In this document: piece by piece, positions 42,001 to 64,000 of the stretch
Numbering within the stretch: position 1 is the first letter of the stretch
Layout of the letters: each line of letters opens with the position of its first letter
From: Piromyces finnis finn
Lineage: Eukaryota; Fungi; Neocallimastigomycota
Direction of reading: 5' to 3'
DNA length: 64,000 bases
Assembly (NCBI GenBank): GCA_002104945.1
Contig: MCFH01000005.1
Span: forward strand, 1,116,001-1,180,000
The notes under the pieces: generated by a model
Databases searched by the model: none
What the model saw: the letters and a program-made list of their open reading frames with translations, nothing else
Told to the model about the DNA's origin: nothing
Position numbers and translations under genes: made by a program

Positions 42001-45000
42001 GAATAGAAGGAAATATTTTTAATACACATCTTTTATATTTAATTAATATTATATTATATAAATGGTATATATAAAGAAAATCATTCATATTACGAAATGT
42101 CCATATAGTGTGGTTAAACATACAAAAATGATAAATATTGAAGGAATATGTGATGCAACAACCTTAATGAAAATTATTCTTGATACATTTGATATAGGTG
42201 AACCTGCAATATATTGGGATTTATATATAACAGAAGAAGGTTCACCTTTAACTGAAAATGAAGTTTTATGGATTTGCAAACAAAATAGTACAAAATATCA
42301 TAATCATTATTTTTTGAAAAAAAGTAAGATTTCTTTTTTATTTATTAATATAAGTTTTTTAGATTATAAGTTAATTTTTACAGAGTATAATGAATAATAA
42401 CTAATAATATTGTATTTATTTTTGAATTTTTAATTCAGATAATAAAATGAAATTTGATCCAAACTTTGCACGTATGTTAAATAAATATTAAATTTAGTTA
42501 TATCATTAGATAATAAAAATAATTTCTAACATAATTTTTAATTTAATAAAAAGCGTCAACAAAATTAGAGAAAATTTTTGGAAGTTAGTTTTAAAAAATT
42601 TATTTATTTATTTTTTTTTTAATATATATAATATAAAAAATTACATATTTATTATTTTAATTATTAATTATTATTATTATTTAAATTTCTTTATAAATAG
42701 CTAAACCACCAGAACAATTTGTTCATCGTAAATTAAATAAATATACTAATGAAAGGCCTCCATCTGAATTAATTACATCAAATATTAATAAATATTTCTC
42801 AGAAGAGAATAATAGAAAATCATTGAAAATGATCTATGATGAAGATAGTGCAGAAGGAAATATTATAAAACCAGAAGATAAACCAGTATTATCAAACTAT
42901 AATCCAATAAATATATCACCAAAAAGTAACAATGATAAATACCTCAATAACTTAAATAATCCATATACAAAATTTAATACTGTTGATCGTATGCAAAAAA
43001 TTACAACAACACCTAAAATTTCAGGTAATAATGATCTATATGCAACTATTGATCGTATACCATATAAAAGTAATGAAAAATACAATTCACCATCTAAAGG
43101 TTCGAGTTTAGATAAATATTCAACTATTGAACGGGAACGTGATCGTATATATAATAACGAGAAAGAATTTTCAGGAAAAAGTTCATCAAATAGACATTTA
43201 AATGGCAGTGGTCATAAACATCATGCATCAGAACATATTAAATATCATCATGATGGTAGTAATAAAGAATCTTCAAGTAAATCTTCTCCTAAACCTGATA
43301 AACATATTAGTAGTAAATCAAAGTATGGAACTATTGATAGACGTAAAGGTGATAAATACATGCATCGACATAGAAGAGACTCGCCTTCCACTGAAAGACA
43401 TAGAAGAGATTCACCTTCCACTGAAAGACATAGAAGAGACTCACCTTCCACTGAAAGACATAGAAGACAACATAGTCGTAGTAATAGTAATAATGGGGGT
43501 AGTAATAATAAATTGTTATTATCACCAGATGATAACTTTAAAATTGGTGCAAGAAAGTCTAGTTTAAATAACCCAATTCTAACAATGCCTAAACCTCACA
43601 CTAACTCACCATTAGCTTCCACTACAAAAATTGAAATTAAAAGGGCAACTTCACCTATTTCACCAAACTTTTCTCCTGTAGATTCATCACCTTCTGTTCA
43701 TTCATCTCCAAAATCATCATCATCATCAGCATCACAATCTCCTAAATCATCACCTGTATCTTCTTCTCCTAAAAAAACTAGTAAAGATAATAAAGAAAAG
43801 GAAAAGGAAAATGATAAACCAAAAGAAGAAAAGAAGAGTACTGTTACAACAGGTAAAAAAATATATTAATAATTTCAGAATTATTGTTTTTTTTACAAAT
43901 TGAATTTTTTATTTCAAATAGAACTAATATTTTTTTTTTTTTATAATAATTATTATTAAAAATATTAATTATTAGCACCATTTAAATGGAAGAAAGGAGC
44001 TTTAATTGGTTCAGGTTCATATGGTGAAGTATTCTTAGGTATGAATCAATCTAATGGTGAGTTAATGGCCATTAAACAAGTAGAATTTAAAGATAATGGT
44101 AAAGCAGATAAATTTGTACAATCTTTGAAACAAGAAATTGATATTTTAAAAGATTTACACCACAAGAATATTGTCCAATATTACGGTTCACAGTCAGATG
44201 AAAAATACTTTGATATTTTCTTAGAATATGTTCCTGGTGGTTCAATTCTTAGTCTTTTAAATAATTATGGTGCATTTGAGGAATTATTAATCAAAAACTT
44301 TATTCGTCAAGTATTAGAAGGTGTTAATTATCTTCATGAAAAGGGTATTGTTCATAGGTAAATAATAATTAATCAAAATAAATAATTTTTATATAACAAA
44401 TCAAGAAATTTCTTTCGATGTATAGTAGTATATTACTTAATTTCAATATTTAATTTTTTATTTTTTTTTTTTTTTATATTATTTATTATTTTTACAGAGA
44501 TATAAAAGGAGCAAATATATTGGTTGATAATAAAGGTATTGTTAAAATTTCTGATTTCGGTATTTCTAAAAAAGTTGATGAAAATACTGTAAATATGAAA
44601 TCAAAAATGAATAATAGAACTTCATTCCAAGGTTCCATTTACTGGTAAAGCATCATTAAAAAATTAAATATAATAAAATATTTTCTATATATATAATTTT
44701 TAATTATAACATTTATTATTTTTATCATAATTATAATAATTGTTATTATAAATTGTTAACAATAATTAACCTTAAAATAATAGGATGGCACCTGAAGTTA
44801 TTAAGCAAGAAAACTATACAGGAAAAGCAGATATTTGGTCTATAGGTTGTTTAGTAATAGAAATGATTACTGCAAAACATCCATGGGAACAATTAGATCA
44901 AACAGCGGCTATCTTTAAAATTGGTTCAAATAATAAACCACCAGTACCAGATGGTTTATCAGCAGAACTTAATGATTTTATCACCTTAACATTTGAAATG

Positions 45001-45194
45001 TAATTATTTAACAATTCATTTTATTACAAAAACAGTAACAATAATAATAGTTTTATTTATATTAACAATTTATTTACTCTAATAATTATAGGGATTTCAA
45101 TAAAAGACCATCAGCTAGTAAATTGCTAACCCATAAATTTATTATGGATGAAGATGAAGCTGTTGCTGCTGGAGCTATTGAAGATTCAAGTTAA
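40529..45194 (+). CDS. STE11: STE11/Byr2-type MAP kinase kinase kinase (SAM, RA-like domain, Ser-rich linker, kinase)
   Basis: SAM-like [35 protein letters not shown]. Kinase [61 protein letters not shown] and ADIWSIGC. Stop at 45194. Confidence 0.9.
43369..43467 (+). repeat. 30-bp coding tandem repeat [10 protein letters not shown], 3.3 copies
   Basis: CATAGAAGAGA units start at 43369, 43399 and 43429, with a partial unit at 43459. Confidence 0.95.
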
Positions 45195-45593
45195 AAAAAA
45201 AAAAACCTATAAATATAATAAAAAAAATAATAATAATTATCATTTAAACTAAAATTAAATATAATTATTTTAATAAAAATCCATTAATGAAAAATAATAA
45301 TAATATTTTAAATAGAATAAGGTTAAACAGTGAAGAGAGTAGAAGGAAATAATAAAAGATTATTTATAAAAGTAAAATTACAAAAATAAAAAATAAAAAA
45401 AAAAAAAAATAATAAATAAATAAAAAAATAAATAAATAAACATTACTATTCCATAATTAATAATAATCAAATAGTATATAAGATATATTATTTATCAATA
45501 TTTATATATTTCTTTAAAATAATAAATATAAATTTAAAAAATAAATAATATTGTATGATGGATAGTTTTATTAATTTAAAAAAGAAGATACAA

Positions 45594-45636
<43 letters not shown>

Positions 45637-45680
45637 ATATTCTTAATACATTAATGAACATATATAAAATAAAAATAATG

Positions 45681-51649
<5,969 letters not shown>

Positions 51650-52040
51650 TTTAATTATCCAAATAATTCTTAATATGATAATGATAATTATGACATTTAC
51701 CTATATATTTAAAAAAAAAAAAAAATCATAAAATTATTTATATAATTGCTTAATAAATATTAACAATTATTAATAGTTATGGTTAATATTCAAATTCTAA
51801 ATTGAAAGTATATATATTGAAATTACTCATTGAAAAGAAAAGGAAAAAAAACTCTTGTAGTAATTAAATATAATTTAGTGTTTAATACATCAAATTTATG
51901 TTTTAATAATATTTTTATTTAGCCCTATTCGTTCTAAATAAAATTTTTCAAATTATAAAATTACATACATTTCCAATTCAATTATATTTTTTATGTATTA
52001 TAAAAAATTTATTTAAATTTAATACTAATAACTTCATGAG

Positions 52041-52096
52041 TATTTCTCTATTAACAATATTAACAATATTATAAAAATATTGTTAATAGAGAAATA
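52041..52096. repeat. Perfect 21-bp inverted repeat with 14-nt loop
   Basis: TATTTCTCTATTAACAATATT (52041-52061) and AATATTGTTAATAGAGAAATA (52076-52096) are exact reverse complements. Confidence 0.95.
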
Positions 52097-52714
52097 ATTA
52101 GCATTTTATTATTACTATACAGTTTTAAAATCAATATATTACTACTGATTACAATAAAAAAAATAAATAAAAATATCTTATTTTAAGTAATAAGTTTTAA
52201 TTGATATTTTTGGTATATATTTATTATTAAATAAAATGAATGTAACAGTCTAATAAATGAATAATAAAAATTTTATTAATTGTTAATAAACTTTTAAATT
52301 TATATAAAGCTATAGACGAATTGTAATATTGAATAATACACTCATAAATAATTAAAAATATAATTAAAAATAAAATTGAAAATTTAAGGAATTTACAATT
52401 AATAATATTTTTAAATAATATGAATAGCACACAATAGAATTTAATAATTTAATTGGCATGAAATATATTAATCCGCATTTCAATATCAGTTTTCCATTAT
52501 TTAAAAACTTGTTACTATTAAATGAATAATAAATATGTAATTAATAATATATAATATATTAAAATGTCAAAAAAAAATTTTTTTTTTTTACTATATAGAT
52601 ATACTAATAAATTTTTAATTATATCATTTATAAATAGTACTTTTAATATCATTCAAATGCAAATGAACTACTTCCCTTCCTAATTAAACAAAGGTCAAAT
52701 AATTTGTAAAATAT

Positions 52715-52784
52715 ATTTTAAATTTAGACTATTCTGGTATAAGTGCTTTTACGATATTATAGTAGAATAGTCTAAATTTAAAAT
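52715..52784. repeat. Perfect 21-bp inverted repeat with 28-nt loop
   Basis: ATTTTAAATTTAGACTATTCT (52715-52735) and AGAATAGTCTAAATTTAAAAT (52764-52784) are exact reverse complements. Confidence 0.95.
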
Positions 52785-54361
52785 GAAAAAAGTATTTCTA
52801 TGATTTATGACATTTTTAATAATAAATGAAAAGTAAAAATATTTAATAATAAATTATTACAATTCCATTATTCACAAAATAAATAACCCAACCTTGAGTT
52901 ATTAATATAATTTTATTGTATTTTCACATTTATATAATACATATAATATCATTGTTATTTTTTTATATCTTACTTTTTAAATAATGCTTAACACTATATG
53001 TGAAAATAGAATTAAAATTTTGATTTAAAATATAAATTTTATTATATTATGAATATTATGAATATATAGTTTGGTATTAAATTGTTTTGTATTTATATAA
53101 ACTTTTTTAGGTAGATTTTCTTTTTTTTCTGTAACACAAAAAATTACTTACATTTTGATTTAAATAAAGTTCTTATAAATGTTTTGTATTAATAAAGGTT
53201 TTTATTAGAGATAAACATAAAATATAAGGAATATAAAAGTTGGATTTTATATTTTTCAATTAATCATTATCATTATTTATATAAAAATATTATTCCAAAA
53301 AAAAAAAATAATATATATTTAAAAGAAATGTTACACTTTATAATTTTAGATTATATTTAAAAAAACGTGGATGTTTAAATATATTAGAATATATGAATGA
53401 TGACCTGGCATATTTGTTAATCATCATATGGTGTAATTAATTAATAAAAAAAATTTAAGTTTATATTTATATCTATATTTATTTATTTATTTATTTATAA
53501 TTTTAAAAAAACATATGAAAATTTTTAAAAATGTATAATTTCATATGCAAATATTAAAAAAATAAATTAATTTTTAATTACCTTTCAAAATGAATATAAT
53601 AATATATATTGGTAAATAGTTTATATAATATATAAATAATAGTAAAATTAATTTATTTCTAAATAAAAAAGAACAGTAATAGAATCAAATAAAATATATT
53701 AGTATTTTATTATTAAATAAAGTTAGGAACTATTAAACTAAATATAATATATTTTAAATATTAATAAAAAATAATTATCGTAGAATAATATAACTAATTA
53801 TTTATAACATAAATACTGATAAAAAGAAAAGGATTTATCTTTTGAAAAAAAAAATTCACTTTGAAAAATCTATATATATATATATATATATATTAATTAG
53901 AAAAAAAAAAACATAACAAAATTTAATTATAAATCTTATAAAGAATAAAAATATAAACTGATTAAAATTAATAATTTAAAAAGAAATATTTAAATAAAAA
54001 AAGAAATTTATAAAAATTTTAAATTTATAAACTTTTATATACCTTTTATATACATTAATATTTATAATATTGAAAAAATAAAGATAATAAAAAAAGACTT
54101 TTCAGTTAAACAAAAGCATATATATAATAATAAATAATATAATAATAATATTTTTTATTAAATTCGAAATTCAAAAACTTAATTTTTAAACAAGTATAAT
54201 TTGAATTACAATATATTATTAATTCAATATAATTATAGTAAAAGCGTTGTTTATAAGGTATTTTGAAATATAATGATTACTATAAGAAATCATAATAAGA
54301 AATTTAAATCATTTAATAATTCTTTTTTATTTATATATTCATTTTTTCAATAGAAATAAAA

Positions 54362-58131
<3,770 letters not shown>

Positions 58132-58150
58132 AATATATAATTAATTTAAA

Positions 58151-58563
58151 TATTTTATTTTATTTTATTTTATTTTATTTTATTTTATTTTATTTTATTT
58201 TATTTTATTTTATTTTATTTTATTTTATTTTATTTTATTTTATTTTATTTTATTTTATTTTATTTTATTTTATTTTATTTTATTTTATTTTATTTATTTT
58301 ATTTTATTTTATTTTATTTTATTTTATTTTATTTTATTTTATTTATTTTATTTTATTTTATTTTATTTTATTTTATTTTATTTTATTTTATTTTATTTTA
58401 TTTTATTTTATTTTATTTTATTTTATTTTATTTTATTTTATTTTATTTTTATTTTATTTTATTTTATTTTATTTTATTTTATTTTATTTTATTTTATTTT
58501 ATTTTATTTTATTTTATTTTATTTTATTTTATTTTATTTTATTTTATTTTATTTTATTTTATT
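58151..58563. repeat. (TATTT)n pentanucleotide array, ~410 bp (~80 units)
   Basis: Near-perfect TATTT units beginning ~20 nt after the acyl-CoA synthetase stop. Confidence 0.97.
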
Positions 58564-60165
58564 CAGATTATATACAAAAAAAATAATTTTATACCCTTCA
58601 TAATATATCTATCAAAACTTATTTTAAAATACATAACAAATATATATTAAATATATAATTAAAATAATCAAATTCATATTCATGTTAATAAAACGAACAT
58701 ATTAAAATATATACATAAAAATTATAAATTGATAATCAATAATAGTACTTTTTTTATGTCTATGAACTATAAATAAGGTGTTGGTCACTTTACTATTTTA
58801 ATCAATATCTAATTTTATCGTTCATTAAGTTTATAATATTTCTGAAATATATAATAAAAATTGGCTAATCGTATATTTCGTTATTGTTTTTGTTTTTTGT
58901 GTTGTTTAATTCAATAACTAATAGGTTATATAATGTGTAGCACAATATTGAGTAAATTTAATAAATATTACAAACATTTATTTATTTATTTATTTATTTA
59001 TTTTATTTATTTATTTATTTAAGGAAATAAATATTAAAATAATATACATTAAATATATATCCATATATAAAAATTATTTTTATAATAATAGATTATTAAT
59101 CAACCAATCATTATTACAAATCAACTTTTTGTAAATATGGAGAACATGTATTTTGATTTTTAATTAATTGTTAAATGATTCTATTATATATATTTAATAT
59201 ATTAATATATATATATGTAAATAATTATTTAATACTCTATTAAACGTATTATACATATTAACAATTTAATAATGAAAAAGTTATAATTAATTTTTTATAA
59301 AATATAATAATTTTGATAATTAATCGAACTTTTTTTTTCTTTGCAACTTATTGTAATAAATTGTAATACTGATTAATAAAAAAAAAAAAGTAACAGTTTA
59401 TTATTAATTTGGGTAATTTAGATTATAAAATTAAAATAATATAAAAGTATTTTTCATGTATTTTTAAAAATAGAAATGTATAAATATATATATATATATT
59501 CAAACAAAATATATATAAAAGAGTTAATGAAAATTCAATCAACCATCATCAATTAGTAAAAATTAATATCCAGCAGCATAATAATTATGTCCATTAAAAC
59601 AAAAATTTCTTTTTAAAATATTATATAACTAATAATTAATTATTAATAAATGATATTTTTTTGAAATACATTTATTATTTAATGAAGATTTAAATTAATA
59701 ACTAATGTGAATTAAAATAAAAAAATAAAAAAAAAAGATTACTTATCAAATTCTAATTTAATATTTTTTATAATTTTTTTTTATAAAATAAAAATAATAA
59801 TATTAATAATAATAAAACAATATATGAATTTTAAATTGTAATTATATCAATTATATAATGAATTTCAAATTTTAAGATTAGGATTTCTCATTAAGAATAA
59901 CATATAAAAATCTTTTCATTTTTTATTTTAGTAATTGAAAATATATAAATTATAATTTAAACAAAAAACTAATTTAAATATTACTCTTAATTTTAAATAT
60001 TATATCTTCTTTGATATTTTCTCAACGATCAATATAAACTTATTCAAATTTTATATAAAAAACCAACTATTAATAATTATTTTTTACAACTCTTATTTTT
60101 TTAATTATAAACAATACCTATTTTAATAAATGCCTTGTCAATTATTTGAAAGTTAATAAATTAAA

Positions 60166-62378
60166 ATGACTGACATTAACAAATTACAAGCAAAGGAAAG
60201 CTCCTTATTCAGATCTGCTTTAGTAATTATTGTTTCAAAAGCAATATTATATATTAATGAAAATCATATCAATAGCATTTTTTTAATATAATTTAATCAT
60301 TAATTTTTGAAAAATGATAGCGTTTCTATGAATTAAAGCAATACAAGAAAGGTCTCAAGACTGCTGAACAAATTTTAAAGAAAAATCCTGAACATGGAGG
60401 TAGTATTAATTTTATATTAATTTATTTATAAAAATTTTATGTTATTATATATTAATAAAATATTGAAATAAAATAATATGAACAACAGAAACCTTAGCTC
60501 TTAAGGGTTTATTCCTCTGTAATCTTGGTAGAAAGGAAGAAGGTTATGCCGAAGTTAAACGTGGTATTAAAAACAATATCAGAAGTTACATTTGTAAGCA
60601 ATACATATTAATAAAATCATTTATATAGTAATAAAATTAAAAAGAAGAAAGAAAATAATTATTAATACTTCAAAAATTAACTAACTATTTTTAAATATAG
60701 GTTGGCATGTTTTTGGTCTTATTCATCGTCTTGACAAGAACTATGAAGAAGCAATTAAATGTTACACAATGGCATTAAGAATTGATAAAGTAAATATTAT
60801 TTCAATATCAAATAATTAATGATATTTTTAAGAATAATTTAATTTATATAAATTATTATAATTAATTTAATTTTAGGATAATATTCAAATTGTTAGAGAT
60901 TTAGCCAATCTCCAAATCCAAATGAGAAATTATGAAGGACTTAATGTAATTATATTTATTTTTCTAAATACATATCAATAATTGTAATTTTATAATAATT
61001 ATTAATAATAACCATGTCTTTTTAATAGGAAACTGAATATCAGCTTGTTAACTTAAGACCAAATAACAAGCAATTCTGGATTGGTTTAGCCTTTTCATAC
61101 TTCCTTCTTAAAAGATATGACTCCGCTCTTAAGGTTTTAGAAGCTTTTGAAAGTAGTTTAAAGGTAATGATAAAACAAATATTAATAAATAATTTATCAA
61201 ATACTTGAAATAATAAATTTTTTTAAAAATATTTGTTATAAAATATAATTAAAATTAATATAATGCATTACTTTACTCAAAATTAAGGAAAAACCAACTG
61301 AATCTAAATATGAAGTCAGTGAAATGCTTCTCTTTAAAAACTTAATTACAGAAGAAAGTGGTGATCTTGAAGGCGCCTTAAAACATCTTGAAGAATTCGA
61401 AGACAAAATTGTTGACAAAAAGAGTTTATTAGAAGCTAGAGGTATAATATATACAGTTAAAGAAATTAGATAATATTAAAACTTTTATTAATTTGAGTTT
61501 TCTATTATAATACATATATATAAATAACTATAATAATAATATAATAGCTCGTATTTTAGTCAACTTAAACCGTAAGGATGAAGCCGAAAAGATCTACAAA
61601 CAATTATTTGATAGAAACTCCAATTGCGATAGTTATCTTCAAAATATATTCAAATGTAACAATATTAATTTAGGTATGTATTTAATAATATTTCTAGTAT
61701 AATAAAAAGATTTTTATTTACTAAAAAATATATAATATTACCAATATTTTTGAATAATGATATTTGATAGAATCTCCATCTGATGATGATGTAAAAAAGA
61801 TTATTGAAATCAATAGTGAATTACTTGAAAAATACCCAAAATCTTTAATTTTAAAGAGAACACCTTTAATCTATTTAAAGGGTGAAGAATTTAACAAAGA
61901 AATTAAGGAATATCTTAAGATTTACTTTATTAAGTGTGTTCCATCTTTATTCAACAGCCTTAAAGATATATATGTTAATCCAGAAAAGGCTAAGGTCATT
62001 GAAAGTACTGCCCTTGAATACTACGATCAATTAGAAAAGAATGGAAAGTTCGATGGTGATGGTATGCGTTATTAAACATACTTATGTATATACGATAATT
62101 TTTATTTTTGTCCTATTTGTTTTTCCAATAATTAACAAATTATATTTTCTATTTTAAATAAATAAGAACAAAAGCAATACCCAACTACCAAATTATGGAT
62201 TTTAATTTTCCTTTCTAAGCTTTATGATAACAAGAGAAATTCAACTAAAGCTTTAGAATACATTAATAAGGCTATCGAACACACTCCAACATTAGTTGAA
62301 TCCTACATGTTAAAAGCCCGTATTTACAAGGTAACAAAAAAATATATAAGTTCAAAATATACAATAATAATTAGATAC

Positions 62379-62451
<73 letters not shown>

Positions 62452-63150
62452 TATTTATCTAATTTTTAAATAATATTCTTTTCAGCATGCTGGTGATTTA
62501 GAAACTGCCATGAACATCATGAATGAAGCTAGAGAATTAGATTTACAAGATAGATTCGTTAATTCTAAATGTGTCAAATACATGTTAAGAAACGGTAATA
62601 TTGATGAAGCCGAAAAAACTGCTGGATTATTCACTAAAGTTGATTCTCCATCTCCACTTGCTGATTTAACTGAAATGCAATGTACATGGTATGAATTCGA
62701 AAAGGCTATGGCTTACAAAAACAAGGGTGACAATGGTCTTGCCTTAAAGTTACTCCACCAAATAAACAAAGTACTTAATAAAAAAAATGAAAAAAAAGTA
62801 GTCTTAAATAAAATAACTTATTGTATTTTTATTATTATTATTATCTTTTTTTTTTAATACTAGCACTTTAATGATATATATGATGATCAATTTGACTTCC
62901 ATGTTTACTGTTTAAGAAAATCTTCATTCCGTGCCTATATTGAGTAATTATTAAAATATTTAATTCCTCACTAATATAAAGAAAATATATAATAATAATA
63001 AAATATTTTTAATTTGAAATAGTCTTTTACAATATGAAGATAAAATAAAGTCTCACCCATACTTCTTCAGAGCTGCTGTTGCTCTCGTTAAGGTAATTTT
63101 TTTTAAAATGATAATATTCAACATAATTCATTTATTAATTTTTCTTTTTC

Positions 63151-63185
<35 letters not shown>

Positions 63186-64000
63186 CTATATCAATAAATA
63201 CTATAATAGTTATACCTTAAACTTAATAGTCAACCAAGAAAGACTAAAGAAGAATTAGAAATGGAAAAATATGGTAAATCTTCAAATTAAATAATAATAA
63301 AAACTAAAATTAATAATAATTAACATGATAAATTTTTTTATTATTCAAGCTAATTTATCACCATCTGAAAGAAAGAAGGCTTTAAGAAAAGCTCGTAAAG
63401 CTCAATTAAAGAATGCTCAAACTCAAGTTGAACAAACCCAAAAGAGTAATTACGCATAATTATTTAAATTAAATTATTATTCCATAAAAGATTATAAGAA
63501 TAGCAATTCATATTTAATAAAAATTTAAATTACTAATTAATAGAGGAAGACAATACCACCAACAAGAAAACTGATGATGATCCAAATGGTGAAAAATTAC
63601 TTAACGCTAAAGACTATGTTGAAGAATGTGTTCCATTCATTAAATCTTTATTAGAATTTGCTCCAAATAAGATTGAAAGTCATATACTTGCTAGTCAAGT
63701 CTACATTCTTAAGAGTATATATCAATTTATATATTATTTTGATAAATATTTTATATATTTATTTATTTATTTAAAAATATTTTAAATTCATTTATAATAG
63801 AAAAGTACTTACTTGCTCTTAAGTCATTAAAGAAATCTCTTGCTATTGATAAGAATAATGGTGAAGTTCATAAAAACATTGTCCAATTTGTCAAAAATTG
63901 TAAGTAAAGAATAATAATAATAAATAAATAAATAAAATTGCAATATAATAGAAATCATATTTTATATTTTATAATATTTTAATAAAAATATTAATAAATA
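60166..64000 (+). CDS. NAA15: NatA N-terminal acetyltransferase auxiliary subunit (NAA15/Nat1); runs off the window end
   Basis: Spliced [105 protein letters not shown] and DDQFDFHVYCLRK. Confidence 0.97.
62385..62450. repeat. Intronic (TAT)n microsatellite in NAA15
   Basis: About 20 TAT units between the ARIYK donor and the HAGDLE acceptor. Confidence 0.9.

Noticed and set aside
15920-45194. ABCB exporter (Ste6-like?) plus STE11 as a possible mating-type locus
   Set aside because: They are 20 kb apart with housekeeping genes between. I found no CAAX pheromone ORF, receptor, or HMG/homeodomain gene, and the transporter looks like a generic MDR.

Overview
Extremely AT-rich eukaryotic DNA with many short GT-AG introns, long homopolymers and (TAT)n arrays. 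This composition, together with a flagellar dynein-assembly gene, best fits an anaerobic gut fungus (Neocallimastigomycota; inference). I reconstructed 11 protein-coding genes by hand: an intronless orphan with a Bro-N-like N-terminus; a ~3,268-aa Num1/Mcp5-type cortical PH-domain protein; a full-length ABCB/MDR transporter; a site-2 protease (M50); the RFC small subunit Rfc4/RFC2; PIH1D2; an ankyrin+DIL protein; a STE11-type MAPKKK; a ~1,481-aa CKAP2-like protein; a long-chain acyl-CoA synthetase; and the 5' part of NAA15/NAT1. I saw no rRNA, tRNA, CRISPR array or recognisable transposase. The most unusual observations are: a ~230-codon in-frame read-through inside the intron that splits the Num1 PH domain; the orphan Bro-N-like gene ending in an RxLF motif; two perfect 21-bp hairpins in a palindrome-rich intergenic kilobase; introns made mostly of (AAT)n with no polypyrimidine tract; and an intact site-2 protease in a lineage reported to lack sterols. 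All family assignments are from motif recall, not database searches.
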